From: Verrucomicrobiota bacterium
Lineage (GTDB): Bacteria > Verrucomicrobiota > Verrucomicrobiia > Opitutales > Cerasicoccaceae
DNA length: 64,000 nucleotides
Assembly: GCA_039818205.1 (NCBI GenBank)
Contig: JBCBUK010000010.1
Span: 1-64,000 of the forward strand
Reading direction: 5' to 3'
How positions within the stretch are numbered: the first letter of the stretch is position 1; the number at the start of each line of letters is the position of its first letter. The position numbers were made by a program, and so were the translations under genes. Below are positions 1 through 9,216 of this stretch, in pieces. The notes under the pieces were generated by a model, which was given only the letters and a program-made list of their open reading frames with translations, was not told where the DNA came from and did no database searches.

Positions 1-201
1 CGGCAAAGTGATCGAGCCATCGCCGGAGACCCTTGCCTGCTGTTCCAAATCAGGCTCCTGAAAGACCGACAGCTGAATAACATCAAGCGGCTGTAAAATA
101 TAATTTGAACCAACGGGTGATCCCGAGCCTTGGGCTAAGCTAACGGATGCAAGGAAGCTGCTGAATAGCAAAAACAGACTAAAGCGGACAGAGGACTTCA
201 T
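1..201 (-). CDS. Polysaccharide biosynthesis/export protein (Wza/Poly_export family), 5' part only; runs off the window edge
   Basis: Manual translation from ATG at 201: MKSSVRFSLFLLFSSFLASVSLAQGSGSPVGSNYILQPLDVIQLSVFQEPDLEQQARVSGDGSITLP. Signal peptide plus the Y-x-L-x-P-x-D...V-x-x-DG-x-I-x-LP Poly_export motif. Not in the ORF track because it is truncated. Confidence 0.85.
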   Translation of the reverse strand, partial: MKSSVRFSLFLLFSSFLASVSLAQGSGSPVGSNYILQPLDVIQLSVFQEPDLEQQARVSGDGSITLP

Positions 202-223
202 ACTAGTAAATCTCTATTAATAG

Positions 224-266
224 AAAAAAAGGAAAGGAAGGCACCATAATAATGACCTTCCTTTCC
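224..266 (-). terminator. Intrinsic terminator downstream of the outer-membrane beta-barrel gene
   Basis: GGAAAGGAAGG (231-241) and CCTTCCTTTCC (256-266) form an inverted repeat, followed on the minus strand by a T7 run (A224-230). Confidence 0.75.
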
Positions 267-293
267 GGGAAATGTTCAAATGTAATCTGTATA

Positions 294-1658
294 CTAGTAG
301 CGCAATGCTGCCTGCAAATTGACCGTGTGTGCGTTGAAGCTAGCTCCGGAATTGTCGCTGAATCCAACGGGTGTCGCGTAAGAGTTCACCGAAGAGTTGT
401 TGTTGATATAGTAGTAACCCAAGGAGAACTGCCAGTAGATGTCTGGGGAGTAGTTCAGAGCAACCGAAGTTGTGGTTGTGATGTCTTCACGACCCGCAGA
501 ATTTTGGTAGTCGGTGAGCTCCATACCGAACTGGGTGTTCGCGGTCAGGTAGCTGTTGATGTTGTAAATCGCACCAACGTCACCACCGAGGTTGGTGGTC
601 GTTTGACCCTCAGCGCCGTTACCGAAGTCATGAGCGAAATTTACGAAAGTAATCAACTTCGGAGTAACTTCGTATTCCGCATTAAACAATGCAGCGAATT
701 GGTGGCGCTGACCTTGATTTCGCGAAACTGGGACACCAAATGCTGGAGTCGTCACGCGATCGCGACCAGTGTCACGGAATTGGTAACCTAGGTTCAGGCT
801 GAGGGACAGCTTCGGCATGACTTCGCCGGTAACCGCAAGATTGAAAAAGTAATCGAAATAATCCGAGGAGCTAATCGTGGCCGTTGGAGTAGCAGTTCCA
901 GGAATTAGGAAGCCACCCGTCGAGCTTGGATCGGTGTAGCGGAAGCGGAAGCTCGGACCAACGCTCAACTTAGGCGTGACTCGCCAGAAGAAGGACACTG
1001 GCGCTTGATAGGTGTCGGTGTCTGCGTAGCGGTTGAAGAAATCATCGTTGTTTGTGTAATCGACACGATTCCACTCGAAACCAGCACTTACCCATGCTTT
1101 CGGCGAAATGTCGTAGTCGGCATCGATGTAAGCATCGTAGCGATCAGTTTCGACGAGGTTGGCAACAAAGTTAAATCCGTTCGTTTGCGGAGTATTTTGT
1201 TGGGTCTGAACAAATGAGAATCCAGCCGAAGTCTCGAGATTGCCCCAGTTGTAATTGCCGTCCAAATAGAGATTCGCGAGCGACGTGTTCAGGTCATCCG
1301 AGAACCGGTTGTAGAAAAGAAAGTCTTGTCGATAATAGAGGGTGATGTTCGCGTTGCTGTTACGTCCGACACTGACTTCTACACCAGGGGAAACGTAAAA
1401 CACGAAGGCATCGACCTTGGGGCGGGAAATGTTTGGAGCGATGACAGGCAGGCCAAAGACAGCGCGGGCGGTATTCTGGTCAATGTTGTCAACTCCATCC
1501 GTGTAGAACAAATTGGAGCGCCATTGAACGTTAGTGCTGCCGTTGAAAAAGACGTCAACAGAATCGCCAATGGACAGGAGCGGAGCAGCCATAGCCGCTG
1601 AGCCGGATCCTACCAAGGCCGCGACAGCCACGAGGGAGTTCTTAGCAAAAGATTTCAT
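294..1658 (-). CDS. Outer-membrane beta-barrel protein, probably EPS/capsule export associated
   Basis: 454 aa with signal peptide, aromatic-rich alternating strands and C-terminal ...LQAALRY. Lies directly upstream of the Wza-like gene. Confidence 0.75.
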   Translation of the reverse strand: MKSFAKNSLVAVAALVGSGSAAMAAPLLSIGDSVDVFFNGSTNVQWRSNLFYTDGVDNIDQNTARAVFGLPVIAPNISRPKVDAFVFYVSPGVEVSVGRNSNANITLYYRQDFLFYNRFSDDLNTSLANLYLDGNYNWGNLETSAGFSFVQTQQNTPQTNGFNFVANLVETDRYDAYIDADYDISPKAWVSAGFEWNRVDYTNNDDFFNRYADTDTYQAPVSFFWRVTPKLSVGPSFRFRYTDPSSTGGFLIPGTATPTATISSSDYFDYFFNLAVTGEVMPKLSLSLNLGYQFRDTGRDRVTTPAFGVPVSRNQGQRHQFAALFNAEYEVTPKLITFVNFAHDFGNGAEGQTTTNLGGDVGAIYNINSYLTANTQFGMELTDYQNSAGREDITTTTSVALNYSPDIYWQFSLGYYYINNNSSVNSYATPVGFSDNSGASFNAHTVNLQAALRY

Positions 1659-1943
1659 AGGATTTTGTTTACAATGTAGCTGGGATTTCCGAAGTAATCA
1701 CTTCGTCTGGATAAGGCAATTAAGCCGAATCTGGGCGAATATTCCGTAAAAATCAAGCACAAGTACGTGCCTCATTCGGAAAAACCCAAAATTTTACCCA
1801 TCAGGCGTTTCCAAATGTAACAGCGAAGTGAACTTCACGCCAGATTCGTTAATTTGACGAAATCCTCTCGAGGCTTGTATTACAAGGGATTGACAAGCGA
1901 TTTAAAGATTGACCTATGAGAGAGTCAATTAAACGTCATTGTT

Positions 1944-3590
1944 ATGCCCGAAGCCCGAAAATCCCCTCAGCCGCAGCAGAAAAGTATCCTTCTAGGTTTT
2001 GCGATCCGGAGGCGCGGACCGAGCGGCCGGTGGCGTATCCAGTTCCGCTGGGGACGCATTTTTGGGGTGTTAGCCATCATGGCAATCATAGGCTACTTTG
2101 CGCTGACGACAGCATTGTTTGTTTTCTTTAAGAAAGTACAAAAATTTGATGACGTTAGCTATGCTGATATGTTCACGGTTCTTCTCCACATGGACGAGCA
2201 CCGAGCTAAAGTTGGAGACTACCAAATTGAGCGCGCGAAGGAGATGCTGGAAAAGCAGCAGTATAATGATGCATTCACCTTCCTGCGGGAAGGCGTTGTT
2301 CGCTCCCCTAAGAACAACGAGGGCCGACTCCTTCTCAGTGAATACTTTATCGTTTTACCGAAACTCGGGGGACCTGATCGTGCGATTGATCTGTTGCGTG
2401 AGGGTGTGCCCTACGCCAAGGAAGATCCTGCCTATTTGCAGCGCTATATTCAACTCCTACTTCAGCAACAACTTGATGTAGAGGTAATTGCGGTATCCGA
2501 GGAGATCCTTGCCGGCGAGCCGAACAAGGATGTCCAGCGCCTACTAGCGGTTGCCTCCGCCACCGCAAATCTTCTGCGGGGTAATTTCGACGCTGCCGAG
2601 GATTTCGTAAAAACTTACAATCTCGAAGACGAGCTGGAAGGGCTCCGTCTTTCCGCCCGTATTACTTGGGAACGCGGCCAGGAAAAGGCGGCGATCGAGA
2701 AACTCGAAAATGCGATCGGCAAATTCCAAACCAACGAGCCCATCTATGCGGCATTGGCCAAGTATCATCGCGACCGTGGCGAAGGTGACAAGGCGCGGCA
2801 GTATGCCGTAAGGCGCAACATTGAAGCACCGCTGGCGGTCGCGCCGCGAATTGAGCTATTGCCCATTTTGAGCATGACTGGCGAGGATGAGCGGGCAGCC
2901 CGCGAAGCCGAGGCGATTCTCCGCCAATTCCGGAAGGAAGAAAATGCCCTGCTTCTTTTAGCCAACTATGCGACCGACGATGGCAAGATTGACCTGGCCC
3001 GACGAATTTACGAAGAGGCCCTGGAGAACGATTTTCCAATCGGCAAATTTGCGCTTCTTTTGATCGAAGCACACATTGTTGCGGGCGACTATGAAGGTGC
3101 CATTAGTTTCAGCGAGGAACTTGCCAAAGAGCGCCCGGACTGGTTGGAAAGCAATATGCCGGTGTTCAACAGCTTACGCGCTGTTGCCTACTTTGGTGTC
3201 GGCAACGACAACCTCGCTGGGATTTATACCGATCAGTTCCTGAAGGAGTCGAATGTGCGGGTCGAATCGCTGCTAGCGGTTTCGCGGAGGTTTGCAGCTT
3301 TGGGTGGCAATCAGTTTGCCCGCAAGATTTTGAAACAGGCCTACGAGAACAATCCGAAAAATCAGGCGGCATTGTCGAACTTGATCCAAATTGAAATTGA
3401 GACTGGAAATGCGGCTGAACTCGGCAACTACCTGAAACGACTGCTGCAAATGCGTCGGCCCTCTATTGATATTTTGCAACAGGCATATCAAAAACTCGGG
3501 AGTGATCGGTTCATATTTACACCGGATCGTGAGACCCTGTTGATCGAGCTGAACGCGGTGATCAATCCAGAAGGCCAACAGGCTGGATAA
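1944..3590 (+). CDS. Membrane-anchored TPR-repeat protein
   Basis: 548 aa. One N-terminal TM (IFGVLAIMAIIGYFALTTALFVFF), then helical repeats such as A..L.....P.N..A. Confidence 0.75.
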   Translation: MPEARKSPQPQQKSILLGFAIRRRGPSGRWRIQFRWGRIFGVLAIMAIIGYFALTTALFVFFKKVQKFDDVSYADMFTVLLHMDEHRAKVGDYQIERAKEMLEKQQYNDAFTFLREGVVRSPKNNEGRLLLSEYFIVLPKLGGPDRAIDLLREGVPYAKEDPAYLQRYIQLLLQQQLDVEVIAVSEEILAGEPNKDVQRLLAVASATANLLRGNFDAAEDFVKTYNLEDELEGLRLSARITWERGQEKAAIEKLENAIGKFQTNEPIYAALAKYHRDRGEGDKARQYAVRRNIEAPLAVAPRIELLPILSMTGEDERAAREAEAILRQFRKEENALLLLANYATDDGKIDLARRIYEEALENDFPIGKFALLLIEAHIVAGDYEGAISFSEELAKERPDWLESNMPVFNSLRAVAYFGVGNDNLAGIYTDQFLKESNVRVESLLAVSRRFAALGGNQFARKILKQAYENNPKNQAALSNLIQIEIETGNAAELGNYLKRLLQMRRPSIDILQQAYQKLGSDRFIFTPDRETLLIELNAVINPEGQQAG

Positions 3591-3668
3591 GTGCCTCTCT
3601 AAGAGTCACCAACGACTTCTAAGGTCCAGGCTTGCGCTCGCGGGTTCAATTTATTGGAATCCGGGTCG

Positions 3669-4142
3669 ATGGGTCACCACATTTCAGCGTTAATCGGTAC
3701 GTTGCCTGTCGATGAAGCAAAGATCGATCGGTACGACTTGCTCATGTACGAATCGGGCGAGTATGCGATTATTGGCCTCAATGCTTACCACACCGACTTC
3801 TGGTCTAAGAAGTTGAATGTCAGTCCTTTATGTATTCGAGAAATCATTCTCGATTGCGAGGTAACTCACCTATTCGCCCAGGAAATTTTCCGCCGGAAAG
3901 AGTACGTATTACTCCAGACGAACTACAGTAACGGGACCGGTGATCAGGCCGCAGCGGTCTACCAAATGGGGCAGGTTGTTGTGCCTTGTACGCGTGCTCG
4001 CCGGGGTCCGATCAATCGCGCACTCCGGCATATTGGCGTGGAAAGATGGCCGTCACTCGATGAGTTTGAGACTATCGGGTTGGATAAAATCGATGATTTT
4101 GGCGACTCCTACGAACACTACGAGAAGTTGAGCGGTTGGTAA
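3669..4142 (+). CDS. Hypothetical protein
   Basis: About 157 aa ORF filling the gap between genes. ATG at 3669 preferred over TTG at 3654. Confidence 0.65.
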   Translation: MGHHISALIGTLPVDEAKIDRYDLLMYESGEYAIIGLNAYHTDFWSKKLNVSPLCIREIILDCEVTHLFAQEIFRRKEYVLLQTNYSNGTGDQAAAVYQMGQVVVPCTRARRGPINRALRHIGVERWPSLDEFETIGLDKIDDFGDSYEHYEKLSGW

Positions 4143-4278
4143 TCCACCAGATCAATGTGGGCCCAAACTACGGCGCTGATAGCTTGAATCATCGCGACTA
4201 ATTCGTTTGCCATCCGACGGCTTTAGCTTGTCTCGATTGGTTCTCGCTATTAGGCTATGGACCAACGCTTTACCTCAC

Positions 4279-5136
4279 ATGAAAAAGATACTCGTTTGCA
4301 CTGATGGCTCGCAATACGCGCGGGAGGCTTGTCGCTATGCCGCTTGGCTTTCCCAGCGCACCGGCGCCCGCGTCGAAGCGCTCTATGTTTCCAGTTTGTG
4401 GGAATACGAACTGCCGTTTCTAATGGATTTAGGCGGTAGTCTTGGCGCCTCACCTTACAGTGGTTTAACTGGCCAGCTCGAAGAGGTCGAAAAGGCTAAA
4501 GCCGATTTGGTTGAGAAGGCGGTACGACACGAACTGAGCGCCAACCAAGTCGCAGTCGACGATGACACGTTCCACCACGAAACCGGCCTACTAGTCGATG
4601 CACTGGACGCCTTTGAGACCGGCGAGCAAGCCGCAGATGTGATTATCCTCGGCAAGCGGGGCGAAGGCGCTGAACAAGCGAAAGAGCACTTGGGAGGCAA
4701 TCTGGAACGTGTGGTTCGGGCCTCCAGGCAACCATGTTTGGTGACGAATCGCGAATACCGTGAAATCAAAACGATCGCCCTGGCTTACGACGGTAGCGCG
4801 AGCACCCAAAAGGCCTTGGACTGGATCTTCGCAAACAAGGCGTTTCATGAACTTTCGATCAATGTTCTAACGGTCGACGATGCTCGCGGCGACCACGATC
4901 ACAGCCGAATCATGCAGATTGCCGAAACGCGGCTGCGAGAAGCGTCACTAAAGGCCGATTGCCATCTTCTCTCTGGCGATGTCGAAGACGAAATTGCGCG
5001 GTTTGTCGACGACCATGCAGTCGATCTACTCGTGATGGGCGCCTATGGTCACAGCCGGATCCGTGAGTTGCTTATCGGTAGCACCACGACCGATTTGATC
5101 CGTCGCTGTAAGATCCCCATTCTCCTCTTTCGTTAG
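4279..5136 (+). CDS. Tandem-domain universal stress protein
   Basis: MKKILVCTDGS...VIILGKRG...LGGNLERVVRAS, then a second domain IALAYDGS...LLVMGAYGHSRIRELLIGSTT. Confidence 0.92.
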   Translation: MKKILVCTDGSQYAREACRYAAWLSQRTGARVEALYVSSLWEYELPFLMDLGGSLGASPYSGLTGQLEEVEKAKADLVEKAVRHELSANQVAVDDDTFHHETGLLVDALDAFETGEQAADVIILGKRGEGAEQAKEHLGGNLERVVRASRQPCLVTNREYREIKTIALAYDGSASTQKALDWIFANKAFHELSINVLTVDDARGDHDHSRIMQIAETRLREASLKADCHLLSGDVEDEIARFVDDHAVDLLVMGAYGHSRIRELLIGSTTTDLIRRCKIPILLFR

Positions 5137-5417
5137 ATCGATTAGCCGGAATCAAGCGGCTTTTAAGGGAGCCAGTCTCATATTTGAGCGGGCGATCAAG
5201 CGGTTGAACCTGGTTAATAACGACTCCATGATGTCTGGGTTAGCCAGCTACTGAGATGTGATGACCCACACCGGTTTATCCGATGTTACTGATGACATTC
5301 AACAAAACTAATGGCTTTTGTTTTGTCTCAATACAGAGAATTTGTCGATCTTGATGAAGGATAAACGATGATCCTTTCTGTTGTCCGAAATCGATTATTT
5401 TGGATAGTGTTTATCGC

Positions 5418-5675
5418 ATGAAACTGGGATTGATTGGTGATGCGCGGAGCCGCAACGCCCGCGTCGTGGCAAGGGCGCAAAATCGAAATGAGGTAGGCGG
5501 TCAAAACACCCTCCTGGTATCACTCTTATTTATGAGTGTTGGATCCTGCGTCACGTTTTTGGCAATTCAAACGTGGACGCTTGGATATCAACTAACCCTC
5601 GTTAGCGGGCTCGTTGGATTGAGCTGCGGTTTCTTTGGGCTGATGCGCTACGTTCTCGATTCTGCGGATTCGTAA
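5418..5675 (+). CDS. Small two-TM hypothetical membrane protein
   Basis: Two hydrophobic segments in the C-terminal half; no recognisable family. Confidence 0.45.
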   Translation: MKLGLIGDARSRNARVVARAQNRNEVGGQNTLLVSLLFMSVGSCVTFLAIQTWTLGYQLTLVSGLVGLSCGFFGLMRYVLDSADS

Positions 5676-5769
5676 TCTCACCTGAGGTAACAACCACGTG
5701 TCGGATCGTTTTTGGCAAGGAATCTTGCCGGAAATACTCTTCATGATACCCTATAGAAACCACTCTGTA

Positions 5770-5990
5770 ACGGGGGTGGAACAATATGGTGGTAACTACG
5801 GGCATAAATGCGAATAACCTACGACTTACCGACATGTTATTTCTTGTTCTTTCTTGCACTCAGACTTATTCCCGATCAATGTACGATGCAACTTGTTTGT
5901 CGATAGGCAGTTACAGGCTTGTTACGCTCATTCGCCGACCATAATAGGGAATAGTTACTTTATAAAAATATTTTCTTAATACTCTAACGT
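5770..5990. other. Candidate replication origin (oriC-like) upstream of dnaN
   Basis: Non-coding. Degenerate DnaA-box-like 9-mers at 5775, 5787, 5799 and 5809 (TGCGAATAA), opposite-orientation TTACCGACA (5826) and TTATTCCCG (5866), then an AT-rich tract at about 5941-5987. No perfect TTATCCACA. Confidence 0.4.
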
Positions 5991-6026
5991 TGCCAGTAAG
6001 TCACAAACTGGCCACTTTTCTCCCCA

Positions 6027-7154
6027 ATGAAGTTCAAGATTCACCGTGATCATTTCGCAACTGGCCTGCAACAGGTCCTGAACGTGGTCGGCTCTCGTGC
6101 CACGATGCCAATTCTCAGCAATGTCTTGATTCAAGCCGAGGGCAATCAGTTGTCGCTCACCACCACGAATCTCGATCTCGGTATCCGGTGCCGCATCCAG
6201 GCCGAGGTAGAGGCACCAGGCGGTATCACCTTGCCGGTTAGGAAGTTGGCAACAATTGTCCGGGCGCTTCCAAACTCCGAAGTGGAAGTCGATGCGACTT
6301 CCGGCAATCAGGCGAAAATCACCAGTGGCGGATCTCTTTTCCGCATGATGGGCATCAGTGAAGAGGAGTTTCCTCCCCTGCCCTCATTTGCGGACCAGCA
6401 CATTTTTAACCTGAAGCAAGATGCGTTGTCCGGGATGCTCAAGAGCGTTTCCTACGCTCAAAGTAAGGACGAAAACCGCTACATCCTCAACGGGGTATAT
6501 TTCATCTTCAATGACAATGCCATGAGCCTTGTCGCGACCGACGGTCGTCGCTTGGCTCTCTGCAGTCAGGAACTGGAAGTGGCCGAAGATAATGCTGGCC
6601 AGTTGATTTTGCCGGCAAAGACCGTCGATGAACTTCAGCGCCTGCTTGGTCAGGGTGAGGATGTGAAAATTACTTTTAGCGATCGCCAGGTGGCTTTCGA
6701 AATCCAGATCGCAGATAGCGATGATGGCGGTCTCGTGGATTCAATTTATCTGGTCTCGAAAATCGTCGAAGGCAACTATCCGAACTACAAGCAAGTCATT
6801 CCCAAGGAGACGGAAAATCGCATCAAGATCGAGCGTGAGTTGCTGGCTGAGTGTGTCCAACGGGCGGCGCTGGTAACCAGCGACAAAAACAACTCGGTCA
6901 AACTGAAGCTAAGCGGCAATCTGCTTGAAATCACCGGCTCCTCGCCGGAGTACGGTGAGTCGCACGAGTCGATGGCAATCAGCTATGAGGGTAGCGAAGT
7001 AACCGTGGCTTTTAATCCTCAGTTCCTCCTGGATCCCCTCAAAGCCTTGGCACAGGACGAAGTTTACTTTGAGTTCAAAGACGAGCTTTCCCCTGGCGTT
7101 TTTAAGACTTTGGACAGCTTTCTTTGTGTAATCATGCCCTTGCGCCTGAATTAG
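6027..7154 (+). CDS. dnaN: DNA polymerase III beta sliding clamp
   Basis: MKFKI...[10 protein letters not shown]...TTNLDLGI...VATDGRRLA...[11 protein letters not shown]...VIMPLRL; 375 aa. Confidence 0.98.
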   Translation: MKFKIHRDHFATGLQQVLNVVGSRATMPILSNVLIQAEGNQLSLTTTNLDLGIRCRIQAEVEAPGGITLPVRKLATIVRALPNSEVEVDATSGNQAKITSGGSLFRMMGISEEEFPPLPSFADQHIFNLKQDALSGMLKSVSYAQSKDENRYILNGVYFIFNDNAMSLVATDGRRLALCSQELEVAEDNAGQLILPAKTVDELQRLLGQGEDVKITFSDRQVAFEIQIADSDDGGLVDSIYLVSKIVEGNYPNYKQVIPKETENRIKIERELLAECVQRAALVTSDKNNSVKLKLSGNLLEITGSSPEYGESHESMAISYEGSEVTVAFNPQFLLDPLKALAQDEVYFEFKDELSPGVFKTLDSFLCVIMPLRLN

Positions 7155-7208
7155 GGCGGGAGAATGGCTTCATTGGAACCGCAGGATTAAATAGGCGTCT
7201 AAGCGAGT

Positions 7209-8090
7209 ATGTCATTGGCGATTCAATTACTTGCTGGATTAATGCTGGTCTCACTTGGGCTCAGCTACGCGAATTGCCATCTGCAAAGCACCTTATTGTC
7301 GATTTTCAATCGCTGGATTCGCTGGTTTCTCTTCGCTTTCATCGTGGCGGTTGGCGCGAAAGAATTTGATTGGTCACACCGGCCACTTTGGGTGCTGCTC
7401 CTCACTGGGTTTCTCGGTTGGTTCCTAATCGAGACCGTTTACAACTGGATTGTCATCAATGCGGTTAGCCGGAGCCCTATCCCATTGTTTCCGCGCTTTC
7501 GTCGGAACACCGAGGGCGACGAATGGCCCGCCCAGAAGCGCTTTATTCTGCTGCGTGACTGGCTACGGAGCCGTGGGTTCAAAAAGTTGGAATCGCTGAA
7601 AGCAGTGCTCAATGGTGACCTGGCAATTCGGTCGAGCATCTATCAGGATGAAGAGGGTCTCGTCCGCCTACAGATTTTGTTTTTCCCCAGCCGCGCGGGT
7701 GACTTCCAAGTGAGCTACGTTTTAACAACGCGGACAGATGAGGGCGAGCGTGTCATTACCGACAACGTGCGCCTGCCATTCGGGGGCTATTATCCAGATA
7801 GCTGGTTCATTGTCCGTAAGCCTTTGATTCGCTCCTTAGATAAGCTCCTGCGCTATCACCGCCGCCGACTCCTCCGTGAAGGCGCAAACGTGAAGCTTTG
7901 GGAAGACGACGAGCCGTTGGACGATATCAATCGCCAACAAACGAAGCTTGAGATTACCAATTTGCAGCTCGGCTACCTTCACCCCCAGGAGTTTCAGGAG
8001 GAGCATGGTCGACTTTCTTTCGAAGGGCGCTATCGCCTGTGGAAAGAACTGTGGCTATTGAGTTACTTTGGCCAAACTGTCCGGTATTAG
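7209..8090 (+). CDS. Hypothetical membrane protein (3 N-terminal TMs plus soluble domain)
   Basis: 293 aa ORF, co-directional with dnaN, hydrophobic N-terminus. Confidence 0.75.
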   Translation: MSLAIQLLAGLMLVSLGLSYANCHLQSTLLSIFNRWIRWFLFAFIVAVGAKEFDWSHRPLWVLLLTGFLGWFLIETVYNWIVINAVSRSPIPLFPRFRRNTEGDEWPAQKRFILLRDWLRSRGFKKLESLKAVLNGDLAIRSSIYQDEEGLVRLQILFFPSRAGDFQVSYVLTTRTDEGERVITDNVRLPFGGYYPDSWFIVRKPLIRSLDKLLRYHRRRLLREGANVKLWEDDEPLDDINRQQTKLEITNLQLGYLHPQEFQEEHGRLSFEGRYRLWKELWLLSYFGQTVRY

Positions 8091-8099
8091 CCCTTAGAC

Positions 8100-8128
8100 T
8101 TGCCAAGGCTTATCAGCACCGTTAATCT
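8100..8128 (+). promoter_or_regulatory. sigma70-type promoter for the histone-H1-like gene
   Basis: TTGCCA (8100-8105), 17-bp spacer, TAATCT (8123-8128); 26 nt upstream of ATG 8155. Confidence 0.55.
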
Positions 8129-8154
8129 TGCCTAAGTCATTAGGACACAGGATT

Positions 8155-8814
8155 ATGAAAAAGCTGAAAAAGGGCCAGCTGGCCGAAAGCCTTAAGGCTT
8201 ATTTGCGTGAGCAAAAAGTTACTCCGCGTGATTATCACGGCGACCTTCTCGATAAAACGTGTGACACTCTGACGAGCATTTTCAATACGGCCTACGACCT
8301 GTCGGCTCCGGTAATTGAAAAGATCGATGATAACCTCAGCCGTATCCACGAGACCGTGTTTTCGGAAGAAGCCGCAGCGCAGGCTGATCAACAAGCCGAT
8401 GAAGCGGCTCCGCCAAATCCGTCAACTGAGCCTGTCGAGCCGACACCAGAGGCCCAATCAAGTGGTCAGTCGGCCGTAGCCGAAGAAAAGCCGGCTCCGA
8501 CTAAGAAAGCGGCAAAGAAGGCCACGAAGAGGACGGTGAAGAAGACAGTCAAAAAAGCCGCTTCTAAGAAAGTCGCGAAGAAGGGCACGAAGAAAGCGGT
8601 AAAGAAAACTGCAGCCAAAAAGGCCGCGCCAAAGAAAGCGGTGAAAAAAGTGGCCAAGAAAGCAGTTAAAAAGACTGCCGCCAAGAAATCCGTGAAGAAA
8701 AAGGCCGCCAAGAAAGCGACAAAGAAGGCCGCGAAAAAAGCAGTTAAGAAAACCACTGCCAAGAAGGCGGTGAAAAAAGCCACGAAGAAGGCCGCTAAAC
8801 GGGTGACAAAATAA
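8155..8814 (+). CDS. Histone H1-like lysine/alanine-rich repeat protein
   Basis: Helical N-terminal domain, acidic Pro-rich linker, and a tail of about 100 aa of KKAAKK/KKAVKK/KKTAAKK repeats. Confidence 0.85.
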   Translation: MKKLKKGQLAESLKAYLREQKVTPRDYHGDLLDKTCDTLTSIFNTAYDLSAPVIEKIDDNLSRIHETVFSEEAAAQADQQADEAAPPNPSTEPVEPTPEAQSSGQSAVAEEKPAPTKKAAKKATKRTVKKTVKKAASKKVAKKGTKKAVKKTAAKKAAPKKAVKKVAKKAVKKTAAKKSVKKKAAKKATKKAAKKAVKKTTAKKAVKKATKKAAKRVTK

Positions 8815-8879
8815 GTGGCCAAGCTTTTTAACGATAAAGCCTGATCAGACTGGCTTCTCAGCTAAGCCTCAGATCATAT

Positions 8880-9016
8880 ACGAGAAGAGCGTCTCCATTT
8901 CTGAAGACGCTCTTTGAAATTGAAGGCAGGCGGCCTACCCCTAAACCGCCTGCCATTGTTTTCTACTTTATCTCGTTGCTTGTTACCCCATCTCCCGTAG
9001 GAGAAAGTTAATATGT
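8880..9016 (-). ncRNA. Candidate structured small RNA (about 135 nt)
   Basis: Three hairpins: 8991-9004 with a cUACGg loop, 8925-8954 with a 9-bp GC stem, and 8885-8914 with a 10-bp stem. Two GGGGTA motifs. Upstream sigma54-like motif. No convincing CDS. Confidence 0.5.
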
Positions 9017-9027
9017 CTACTGTTTTA

Positions 9028-9042
9028 GCTGGCTGCGTGCCA
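9028..9042 (-). promoter_or_regulatory. sigma54 (-24/-12)-like promoter
   Basis: Minus strand reads TGGCACG-CAGC-CAGC, with exact GG-N10-GC spacing. A TTGACA lies immediately upstream (9044-9049). Confidence 0.5.
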
Positions 9043-9216
9043 ATGTCAAAGTTTTTTTCTAAAAAAATTCGTTTTCCAACTTTGGTGATGGATTTTTTTT
9101 GAGGTGTTCCCTCAGAAGACCCGTGAATACACCCCAAGTTCCATCAAAATTCAAAAATTCGAAGATTGTCTCTTCATCGATTGCCATTCTGAAGGTTTTA
9201 ATAAATACTAGTCTTC

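Noticed and set aside
8466..8822. Very hydrophobic 118-aa minus-strand ORF (FFAAFF repeats)
   Set aside because: It is the antisense shadow of the Lys/Ala codons of the H1-like gene.
8874..9137. 87-aa minus-strand ORF across the candidate sRNA
   Set aside because: No ATG start, it runs through promoter-like A-tracts and hairpins, and it has no protein-like features.
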